Source: an uncultured archaeon
GTDB lineage: Archaea > Iainarchaeota > Iainarchaeia > Iainarchaeales > GCA-2688035
Assembly: GCA_964354805.1 (NCBI GenBank)
Contig: CAYHBD010000016.1
Span: 32,001-96,000 of the forward strand
Length of the DNA: 64,000 bases
Direction: 5' to 3'
Shown: positions 10,025-17,584 of the stretch, piece after piece
How positions within the stretch are numbered: the stretch's first letter is position 1
Layout: each line of letters starts with the position of its first letter
Notes under the pieces: model-generated
The model's input: only the letters and a program-made list of their open reading frames with translations
Databases searched by the model: none
Told to the model about the DNA's origin: nothing
Made by a program: the position numbers and the translations under genes

Positions 10025-10207
10025 ATGAAAGAAAAAGAATTATTGGTTTGCCCCCAGTGCGGTTCAACTGATTTGCACTGGCTGCTTGGCGGTCAAACAG
10101 GCGACCAATACAAGTGCCCCAACTGCAATTACCAGGGCATTGCATTGAAGGGAAACATTAGGTTCATTAAGAAACTGCAAAAGAAGGGAACTGATTTGAA
10201 TGGCTGA
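10025..10207 (+). CDS. Small Zn-ribbon protein
   Basis: CPQCGS...YKCPNCNY; overlaps the herA start. Confidence 0.8.
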   Translation: MKEKELLVCPQCGSTDLHWLLGGQTGDQYKCPNCNYQGIALKGNIRFIKKLQKKGTDLNG

Positions 10208-12761
10208 AGAGAAAGAGGAAATCGGCACAATCATTTCAACGCTTGACTCGCCTAGCCCGAGCAGCGTTGACTTTGTTGTAAGCAAGGGCATTGTGCATCG
10301 GGGCCAGTTTGTTGAAATGGACTGCAACCAGGGAACAATGGTTGCGCTTGTGAATGATGTAATCAAAACAAACCGCTACTTTGAGAGAGCTGACTCAGTG
10401 AAAGAGTTTGAAAGCAGTGGCTCGGCTTTATTCGAGCAGTTTCCAACAGCGGAATGGGAATACCTTGTTGCAAAAACAAGGCCCCTCGGTGTTTTTGCGC
10501 CAGACGGTTCAACAAAGAGGCCGACCTTTCCACCTTCCCCCGGATCAAGGGTGAGAATTGCAGAAAGGGAATCGCTGCAGCACTTCCTCAACTTTGATAC
10601 CGAAGCAGGGCTGCACTTGGGAGAAATAGAGCACCACCAGCTGCCCGTGAAGCTGAACATGTCAGCGCTATTCAAAAAACACCTTGCAATATTGGCTCTC
10701 AGCGGAGCGGGAAAAAGCTACCTGGTTTCTGTTCTGCTTGAGGAATTGCTTGAGAGAAAAAAAGAGCAGGGCAGGATTGCCGCGATTATTTTAGACCCAC
10801 ACGGGGAATACAGCAGCTTTGCAGAGCCGGTGAAGGGAAAAGAGTTCAAGGACTACAGCGGCAAAACAAAGCTGGTTAGGGCAAGGGATATTCAGATCGG
10901 CGTGCCGAAGCTGAGCGTTGGCGTTGTTGCAGGAATAATTCCAGGCTTGAGCGAGCCGCAGAAGAGGGATTTGAACAGGTTAATAGGCAAATTGAAGGAT
11001 GAAATGCGGCAGGGCATTGGCCCTTTTGATTTGAATGATTTGAGGGATGCGATTGCAAGGGATGAAGGAATCAAAGAGAACAGCAAGGGTCCGCTAATCA
11101 GCTGGATTGATAGTTTGCGGGAAATGCATTTGTTTGGGAAAACGGATAATCCAAGTGTTGTTGACTTGGTGAAGCCGGGGCATTTGACAGTGATTGATTT
11201 GAGCGAACTGATTGATTTGCGGAAAAAGCAGATAATTGTAAGCTATTTCGCGCAGCGCCTTTTTTACGAGAGAAGGGAGAAGAATGTTCCGCCATTCCTG
11301 CTTGTTCTGGAGGAAGCGCACCAGTTCTGCCTGAGTGAAGACACGGAGTTGCTTACTTCCAAGGGGTGGATGCGATACACGCAGGTAAGGAAGGGGGATA
11401 AAGCCTTTTCATACAATACGCGTGAAAATAGGCTGGAATTGAATCAAATCAAAAAAATTCTTATAAGAGAGCATACTGGTGATCTGGTAAAGTTGTTCAA
11501 TGAAGACAGCATAGACTCGTTGGTTACCGGTGACCATCGTGTTTTGTGTTGCACTAGGACAACAGGCAAAGATCGAAAGTGGAAGTGGTCTGGGCCAAAG
11601 TTTATTCCTGCCAAGTGTTCCCCTAGTGGAATGAAAGTGCCTGTCGCGGCACCAATGCACTCTAATTCAAAATGTGACTTGGATACTGATTTGATAAAAG
11701 TGTTCGGTTGGATAATAACTGATGGAACATTGCATTCTTTCCGTGGCCGGCATTCCTATTATGAAATATTTCAATCAAAAGTAAAGGGCAAGATTTTAAA
11801 CGAGATGAAAGAAGTCATTACGCGCCGTTTTTCTGAAGCTCGCATCCATTCAAGAGAAAGGGCAGACCGGTTTTTAAATTCCAGGCGGATTAAAAGCAGT
11901 GAAGAGTTCATTTTTTATTTGGGCGCAAAAGCTAGCCGCGAAATCAGGCCTTGGCTGGTGGATCAGACTCATCGTATCCCAAGAAAATTTCTGGAAAAAG
12001 CGTCCTATTCGCAATTAAAAATATTATTTGATGCACTTGTGCAGGGGGACGGTCACGTACAAACAACAAAAAACAACTACAAATATGTAATGTTCTATGC
12101 CGGCAAAAACACTGAGCTGGCTGATGATTTTCAAGAGCTTTGTGCAAAACTCGGGTTTTCCGCTGTTATTAAAAAAGTTCCTTCAAATGGGCAGACCAAA
12201 GTTCTGGTTTCGTTCAAAAGAAAGTTTGCCTATATTAGAAAAACTAAAAAAGAATTTTTTTCGGGAAAAGTCTGGGACATAACTATAAAGCACGGGGCTT
12301 TTGTAGCTAGGCGAAACGGAAAAGTTTTCATAACTGGCAATTGCCCAGAGATGGCAAAAGCAGAAACAGCAATTTCCCGCTCCATTATCAGGACGATTGC
12401 AAGAGAGGGAAGAAAATTCGGCGCATCTCTTTGCCTTGTTTCACAGAGACCTGTGCAATTGGATACAACAGCGCTTAGCCAATGCAACACGCATATTATT
12501 TTGCGGATCACAAACCCCTATGATTTGAAGCACATTGGCGAGAGCAGCGAAGGCTTGGACAGCAAAAGCCTTGACATGATTACCTCTTTGCGCGTTGGAG
12601 AAGCCCTGATTGTCGGCGAGGCAACCCACTACCCTGTTTTCTTCAAAGTAAGGCAGAGGAAAAGCGCTCCAAGCAGGCACGAAATCTCGTTGGAACAGGC
12701 TGCAATCCAATTTGAGGAAGGGGAAGAAAAACAGGAAAAAGAAACAGAGGAACTGCTGTAA
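10200..12761 (+). CDS. herA: HerA bipolar helicase/ATPase containing an intein
   Basis: N-terminal HAS barrel, HLAILALSGAGKS, DPHGEY, LEEAHQF, AREGRKFG, SQRP. Confidence 0.94.
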   Translation: MAEEKEEIGTIISTLDSPSPSSVDFVVSKGIVHRGQFVEMDCNQGTMVALVNDVIKTNRYFERADSVKEFESSGSALFEQFPTAEWEYLVAKTRPLGVFAPDGSTKRPTFPPSPGSRVRIAERESLQHFLNFDTEAGLHLGEIEHHQLPVKLNMSALFKKHLAILALSGAGKSYLVSVLLEELLERKKEQGRIAAIILDPHGEYSSFAEPVKGKEFKDYSGKTKLVRARDIQIGVPKLSVGVVAGIIPGLSEPQKRDLNRLIGKLKDEMRQGIGPFDLNDLRDAIARDEGIKENSKGPLISWIDSLREMHLFGKTDNPSVVDLVKPGHLTVIDLSELIDLRKKQIIVSYFAQRLFYERREKNVPPFLLVLEEAHQFCLSEDTELLTSKGWMRYTQVRKGDKAFSYNTRENRLELNQIKKILIREHTGDLVKLFNEDSIDSLVTGDHRVLCCTRTTGKDRKWKWSGPKFIPAKCSPSGMKVPVAAPMHSNSKCDLDTDLIKVFGWIITDGTLHSFRGRHSYYEIFQSKVKGKILNEMKEVITRRFSEARIHSRERADRFLNSRRIKSSEEFIFYLGAKASREIRPWLVDQTHRIPRKFLEKASYSQLKILFDALVQGDGHVQTTKNNYKYVMFYAGKNTELADDFQELCAKLGFSAVIKKVPSNGQTKVLVSFKRKFAYIRKTKKEFFSGKVWDITIKHGAFVARRNGKVFITGNCPEMAKAETAISRSIIRTIAREGRKFGASLCLVSQRPVQLDTTALSQCNTHIILRITNPYDLKHIGESSEGLDSKSLDMITSLRVGEALIVGEATHYPVFFKVRQRKSAPSRHEISLEQAAIQFEEGEEKQEKETEELL
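11328..12341 (+). mobile_element. Intein (338 aa) with LAGLIDADG endonuclease domain in HerA
   Basis: Starts CLSEDTELLT, block B VTGDH, WIITDG and ALVQGDG motifs, ends VWDITI...FITGN followed by +1 Cys; removal restores EEAHQF-CPE. Confidence 0.93.
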
Positions 12762-12824
12762 TTTTTTTTATTTTAATTCGCCGAAACCCTTAAAAATAAC
12801 CTAATTCATTATAGTAATGATTTT

Positions 12825-13583
12825 ATGCCTTGGCTTATTTTGCTTGGTTTCGCGGTTGTAGTAATCTTTTTCATTCTGGCGGCAGGCATCAGGATTTTGA
12901 CCGAGTGGGAGAAAGGCGTTTTATTAACACTTGGAAGGTTCAGCGGAGTAAGAGGCCCTGGCTTGAATATCATTATCCCGATTTTTCAGACCCTGATAAA
13001 GGTTGACATGCGAATCAACACTGTTGACATTCCAAAGCAGGAGGTAATAACAAAGGACAACATTACCCTGCTTGTAAACGCCGTTGTTTACTTTAAGGTT
13101 GAAAACGCCGCCGATGCGATAATAAAGATTTCAAATTACACTTACGCTTTAAGGCAATACGCCCAGGGGGCGCTGAGGGACGTTATCGGGAACAGTGAAA
13201 TGGATTCGGTGTTAAGCGCCAGGGAGAAAATCAGCGAGGAGATAAAAAAAGTTGTTGACGCTGAAACAAGCGAATGGGGAATTGATGTAAACTCGGTTAA
13301 AATACAGGAGATTGAGTTGCCTGCTGAAATGAAGAGGGCAATGGCAAAGCAGGCTGAGGCTGAAAGGGAGAAGAGGGCGGCAATCATAATCTCAGACGGC
13401 GAATTGCTCAGCAGCGTGAACCTTGCAAAAGCAGCCGAGAACCTTTCAAAAACAAAAGGCGCACTGCATTTGCGAACCCTGCGAACAATAAGGGAGATTT
13501 CAGCTGACCCAAGCGAGAAAATCGTTGTTTTCCTGCCAAGCGAAACAGAGGACATGCTGCGCAGGGTGTTTTCAAAAAAGTAA
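12825..13583 (+). CDS. SPFH/stomatin (band 7) family protein
   Basis: N-terminal TM, GPGLNIIIP, QEVITKDN, RAMAKQAEAEREKRA. Confidence 0.95.
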   Translation: MPWLILLGFAVVVIFFILAAGIRILTEWEKGVLLTLGRFSGVRGPGLNIIIPIFQTLIKVDMRINTVDIPKQEVITKDNITLLVNAVVYFKVENAADAIIKISNYTYALRQYAQGALRDVIGNSEMDSVLSAREKISEEIKKVVDAETSEWGIDVNSVKIQEIELPAEMKRAMAKQAEAEREKRAAIIISDGELLSSVNLAKAAENLSKTKGALHLRTLRTIREISADPSEKIVVFLPSETEDMLRRVFSKK

Positions 13584-13593
13584 ATAGCTTTTT

Positions 13594-14265
13594 ATGCACA
13601 AACTTGATTCAGACAAAAGGTACCTGCAAATTGCATTCAATTACGACATTGGCTTGGCCGAGCGAATTATCCCAACCCTGCCACAAAGCGACAGAATCCT
13701 GATCGAGGCAGGCACTCCCTTCATCAAAAGATACGGAGAAAACGGCATCAGCAGGCTGCATCGCTTATGGAGGGGCATTATTGTGGCAGACATCAAAACA
13801 GTTGACGGAGCAGAGCAAGAGGTTGAGGAATCTTACCACGCCGGAGCTTCAGCCGCAACAGTAATCGGCACTGCCAGCAAAGAGACAATCGATTTGTTCA
13901 TTAAAAAATGCGACGAGCTTGGAATGGACTCAATGGTTGATTTGCTGAATGTTGAAAAAGTGATGGCTGTTTTGTGGCCCCTTAAGAAGCCGCCCTCGGT
14001 TGCGGTAATCCACAAGGGCAGGGACGAGGAGTCAAGCTTCGGCGCGGTAATAAGATACAAGCAGGTCGTGAAAGTGAAAAGCAAATACGATGTCCTGATT
14101 TCAGCAGCAGGCGGCGTTGACCTGCGGGAAGCAGCAAGCGCGGTGTTCAACGGCGCGGACATAGTTGTTGCAAACATCGTAAGGCCGGGCGACCCATGGG
14201 CAGGCATTTCAACCGAAACAAACATTGCTGAAATGGCAAAAAAGTTTTTAGATACCATCGAATGA
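13594..14265 (+). CDS. 3-hexulose-6-phosphate synthase-like protein (OMPDC/HUMPS family)
   Basis: LQIAF, IEAGTPFIKRYG, ADIKTVDG, HKGRDEE, AAGG. Confidence 0.85.
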   Translation: MHKLDSDKRYLQIAFNYDIGLAERIIPTLPQSDRILIEAGTPFIKRYGENGISRLHRLWRGIIVADIKTVDGAEQEVEESYHAGASAATVIGTASKETIDLFIKKCDELGMDSMVDLLNVEKVMAVLWPLKKPPSVAVIHKGRDEESSFGAVIRYKQVVKVKSKYDVLISAAGGVDLREAASAVFNGADIVVANIVRPGDPWAGISTETNIAEMAKKFLDTIE

Positions 14266-14278
14266 ATGGGTGAAAAAT

Positions 14279-14638
14279 ATGGGCTTGATGTCAAAATTCT
14301 TCGGAAAAGAAAGAATGGAGCAGGAGAAAGCAAGCGCAACAGCGCCCCTGCCATCAGAGGGCAAGCAGCAAACAGCAACAGGCAGCGGCGCTTTATTGGT
14401 TCAGGATGTGTTTGAAATAAAGGGCGTTGGGCTTGTGCCTGTTGGAACTGTTCAAAGCGGCTCGCTTTCCCTAGGGCAGCACGCAACCATAAACGGCAAA
14501 ACTGCAACAATCAAATCAATTGAAGCCCAGCACAAACAGCACAGCATTGTTTATGCAGGGCAAAACGTAGGCATCAATCTGCAGGGAATCACAAAAGCTG
14601 ATGTCAAGAGGGGTGATTTGCTGCAATTCAACTGGTGA
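14279..14638 (+). CDS. Stand-alone EF-Tu/EF-1alpha domain II beta-barrel protein
   Basis: VQDVFEIKGVGLVPVGTVQSG...IKSIEAQH...AGQNVGINL...DVKRGD; no GTPase domain. Confidence 0.85.
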   Translation: MGLMSKFFGKERMEQEKASATAPLPSEGKQQTATGSGALLVQDVFEIKGVGLVPVGTVQSGSLSLGQHATINGKTATIKSIEAQHKQHSIVYAGQNVGINLQGITKADVKRGDLLQFNW

Positions 14639-14645
14639 AAATTTT

Positions 14646-14816
14646 ATGGCAATTAAAAAACCCGTTAGAATAACAACAAAGAAGTCGCAACTGAGCAGAG
14701 CAGGTCATGACTTGGTCAAGCGGATTGCAAGAGCGCAAGGAATAACTCTTGCAGAAGCAGAAAGCCGGGTAACAAGATACAGAATAAAAATGAAGCACGA
14801 GTGCCCAGATTACTAA
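14646..14816 (+). CDS. Small basic hypothetical protein
   Basis: MAIKKPVRITTKK..., preceded by GGTGA. Confidence 0.55.
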   Translation: MAIKKPVRITTKKSQLSRAGHDLVKRIARAQGITLAEAESRVTRYRIKMKHECPDY

Positions 14817-14950
14817 GCGCAAAATTTTTTTTTCAAATTTTTTCAAAAATTCAAAAATTTGCGGAAATTTTTTTTCAAAAATCGGCAATTTTTCGCCAAA
14901 ATCCCGATTTTTCCGCAAAAACACGCCAACGAAAAATTTTTAAATAAAAA
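14817..14950. repeat. Low-complexity phased A/T-tract region
   Basis: AAATTT/AAAAAT tracts recurring about every 10-11 bp. Confidence 0.6.
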
Positions 14951-14968
14951 AGTGTATTATTTAAGCAC

Positions 14969-15349
14969 ATGCCTTTGCAGCGTCTTGTTACAGAAGCGAA
15001 AAAAAATACGCCGACACTATTTCGAGCGCAGCCTGCAGCAGCGCAAGCACAAGTAATGGTTGAGCAAGCACAGCCAGCAGCAGTCCAAGCACAGCCAGCC
15101 ACGGCCCAGATGTCTCCAACTGCAATTCAAGCACAGCCTGGACCCAAATTTATTGATGCTGATGCTGTAACAGCCGGCAGCGAAGCAGAGCCAGAGCTGC
15201 CAACCTGGCAGAAATGCCAGTATGTAAAGAACATCAACGGCAAAGCAGTCTGCACCCAGTACTCAAGCCTGTGCGTAATGGAAAAATGCAAGCAGCGCTA
15301 CATGATAAACGACTACTTCGCATACAAAAGATTCATGATTAAAAAATGA
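14969..15349 (+). CDS. Hypothetical protein, Q/A/P-rich linker and C-terminal 4-Cys domain
   Basis: AQP repeats; KCQY...VCTQYSSLCVMEKC. Confidence 0.7.
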   Translation: MPLQRLVTEAKKNTPTLFRAQPAAAQAQVMVEQAQPAAVQAQPATAQMSPTAIQAQPGPKFIDADAVTAGSEAEPELPTWQKCQYVKNINGKAVCTQYSSLCVMEKCKQRYMINDYFAYKRFMIKK

Positions 15350-15375
15350 GAAAAATAATCTCCCTTATTGTTAGG

Positions 15376-15439
15376 CAGCGGAACGCGCATTAGGGAGCAA
15401 ACCAGCGGAAGCTCACTCTCTTCCTTGGTTGTTTAAATA
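15376..15439 (+). promoter_or_regulatory. Two CAGCGGAA boxes plus TATA upstream of the PolB-like gene
   Basis: CAGCGGAACGC (15376) and CAGCGGAAGCTCACTCTCTTCC (15403), then TTTAAATA. Confidence 0.5.
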
Positions 15440-15463
15440 CCCTGAATTGCTTCCTTATTCAGT

Positions 15464-17074
15464 ATGGCTCCCACCCCCGACAGTTTTTGGTTAACGGATG
15501 TTAAATATTTGGAGGACAAAAGGGCGGTTCTGGCTGATTTCTCCAGGCTCAACATTAGGAGAAATTTATGCCTGCCCTTCGTTCCCTCTTTTTTTGCAAG
15601 CAAAAAACGCGTTAAAAAAGAGCAGCTGCTTTCCGCTCTATCTGCATTGGGAAAACAGCCCTTTGAATTAAACGAAGAAAAAAGCGCATTCAAAATAACC
15701 GCTGCCACTTTCGCTGATTTGAACAAAGCTGCAAACGCGCTTTTTCAGGAAATGAATTTTTCGCCGATTGTCCTGCAGCCGGAGCGGCAGTTTCTGCTGC
15801 AGCAAAACTGGAGCTATTTTGACTGCTTTCACTTTACTTCAGAAAAAGAACCGCAGAAAATTGAATGCAATGAATTGCCTGGCATAAATCTGCCTTTCTT
15901 CTCAGAGCCATTGAATGAAACAGTTCAGCAGCTTCTGGGCGTGGATGCGAACAGCGCAATGCGCATCCTTGAATCAATTGCATTAAGCAATGCGCTGCGT
16001 TTGCCTTTAACCAATTTATCGCCTCGCAATGACACGCATGCCGAGGCCCTGTTTGAGAATATTTTCTGGTTTAATGGAGAAAGCAGGCACTTGCCGTGCA
16101 AAAGGCTAGGCTCACCACCCGCATGGCATGTGCCTTCTTTTTCTAATGCAACGTTTTTCGATTTCAGCCAGTTGTGGCCGACGATTCTGACAAAGCCGTT
16201 CTATAACGTTTCCCTTGAAACAATTGACTGCCACTGCTGCAAGCCTTTTGCTGTTGCAAAAGCCTCCTTGCAAAACCAAGGGTTTTGCGAGGTCCCGCAA
16301 AAGCAAAGCTTTTGCAGGATGGGAAAAGCAGCCTTCGGCGAGCCAATTGGAATTGATGCCAGAAACATTCTGCCGAGCAGCACTGTTTCGGCTGAATTCC
16401 TGCAGGACGGCTTTTATTTTGACAGTTCGTTCCCTGAATTCGCCGCAAGGTTTCACGCAGAAAATGAGGGCAGGGAGAGGAGGGAGCGGAGAATGAGGGA
16501 ATTCTGCCTGCCGTTTCCCCCAATCGGGCCCTTTGACAGGGGCAGCATTGCTGCAATTCCGTTGAATGATGCAATTGCTTTAACCCAGAGAAACAAGGCA
16601 AGAATAATTTCGTTGAATGAAACGCACTGGTTTTGCCTAAAGCAGGAATCTGCTGTGGCAAAGCAAATCATCTTGTTGCAGGCAAAAATAGCATTGATTG
16701 AAAAGGAAGCCAATGCAACCGAGAGCGTTTTTTTGAAAGAGCACGGATTGAATGCAATCCAGCTGTTGAATAACGACTGCAATTTTCTTTTCAATAAAGC
16801 AAAGGCAAAGGTTTGCGCACAGCTTCTCTCCTCAATTGCACAGCATTTGCAGGATAGAAACAGCGCTTTCTTTGATGAAAACCTGGGCAATGCCGTTGCA
16901 GGCATTGCTGCCCTTATTTTAAGCGAATTCCAGCTATTCTCGCAGCAGCAGGGCAGCAGGGTTGTTCTGCTGCAGCAGGGAAACGCTCTTGTAAAAAGCG
17001 AAAAGCCACTGAGCTTAATTGAGCAGTTCAGCATGGTGCAGAAAATCCCTGCTTTGATCAGGCTGCGGAATTGA
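15464..17074 (+). CDS. Inactivated, truncated family-B DNA polymerase derivative
   Basis: Motif A remnant FDFSQLWPTIL..NVSLETIDCHCC; motif B degenerate; motif C YGDTDS position reads LLQQGN. Confidence 0.72.
   Translation: MAPTPDSFWLTDVKYLEDKRAVLADFSRLNIRRNLCLPFVPSFFASKKRVKKEQLLSALSALGKQPFELNEEKSAFKITAATFADLNKAANALFQEMNFSPIVLQPERQFLLQQNWSYFDCFHFTSEKEPQKIECNELPGINLPFFSEPLNETVQQLLGVDANSAMRILESIALSNALRLPLTNLSPRNDTHAEALFENIFWFNGESRHLPCKRLGSPPAWHVPSFSNATFFDFSQLWPTILTKPFYNVSLETIDCHCCKPFAVAKASLQNQGFCEVPQKQSFCRMGKAAFGEPIGIDARNILPSSTVSAEFLQDGFYFDSSFPEFAARFHAENEGRERRERRMREFCLPFPPIGPFDRGSIAAIPLNDAIALTQRNKARIISLNETHWFCLKQESAVAKQIILLQAKIALIEKEANATESVFLKEHGLNAIQLLNNDCNFLFNKAKAKVCAQLLSSIAQHLQDRNSAFFDENLGNAVAGIAALILSEFQLFSQQQGSRVVLLQQGNALVKSEKPLSLIEQFSMVQKIPALIRLRN
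16241..16344 (+). repeat. Family-1 repeat inserted in-frame in the PolB-like gene, with two extra nested hairpins
   Basis: AAGCCTTTTGCTGTTGCAAAAGCCT-[2 hairpins]-TGGGAAAAGCAGCCTTCGGC-GAGCC; 99-nt period. Confidence 0.85.
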
Positions 17075-17151
17075 GCGAAAACCCTTCTCTAATACCCATT
17101 TTTAAATTTTCCCTTCCCTATTTTCTTATATTAGCTTTTTTTCTGATTTTT

Positions 17152-17355
17152 ATGGTAACAATAACCAGGTTTGAGAGAACGAGGTTAATCAGTGCGAGAG
17201 CTTTGCAGTTAGCCTTGGGTGCTCCGCCTTTGGTTAAGCCAGGTAAGGATGTCACTGCCTATGATTTGTCAAAGCAGGAATTGCAGCAGGGCGTTCTTCC
17301 AATGGTTGTATTGCGCAGGCTGCCTAACGGGCAAGTGGAGAGAATAAGCGCTTAA
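17152..17355 (+). CDS. rpoK: RNA polymerase subunit K (Rpo6)
   Basis: TRFERTRLISARALQLALGAP...LPMVVLRRLPNG. Confidence 0.95.
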   Translation: MVTITRFERTRLISARALQLALGAPPLVKPGKDVTAYDLSKQELQQGVLPMVVLRRLPNGQVERISA

Positions 17356-17366
17356 GGGTTTTCCTG

Positions 17367-17570
17367 ATGGGCAAGGCTGTTCCAAAAAGCATTAAAATAC
17401 GGGCTGAAATCCTGTTGCAGAAATTTGGTGAAAGATTCGGCTCGGATTTTGAGGCAAACAAGCGGGTAATTAATGAACTGAAATTGCCTTTCAGCAGATT
17501 CGACAGAAACAAGATTGCTGGTTTCATTACAAAGAAAATGAATGAAAAAAAGAAAGCAAGTCAATCCTAA
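17367..17570 (+). CDS. rps17e: 30S ribosomal protein S17e
   Basis: MGKAVPKSIK...DFEANK...RNKIAGFIT. Confidence 0.95.
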   Translation: MGKAVPKSIKIRAEILLQKFGERFGSDFEANKRVINELKLPFSRFDRNKIAGFITKKMNEKKKASQS

Positions 17571-17584
17571 AAACCAATCTGTAA

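Noticed and set aside
14817-14950. Replication origin
   Set aside because: AT-rich, but no ORB-like repeats or cdc6/orc1 gene nearby; kept only as a curved-DNA observation.
15361-15430. Riboswitch or ncRNA upstream of the PolB-like gene
   Set aside because: Possible stems lie upstream of the TATA box and match no family I recognise; better explained as DNA boxes.
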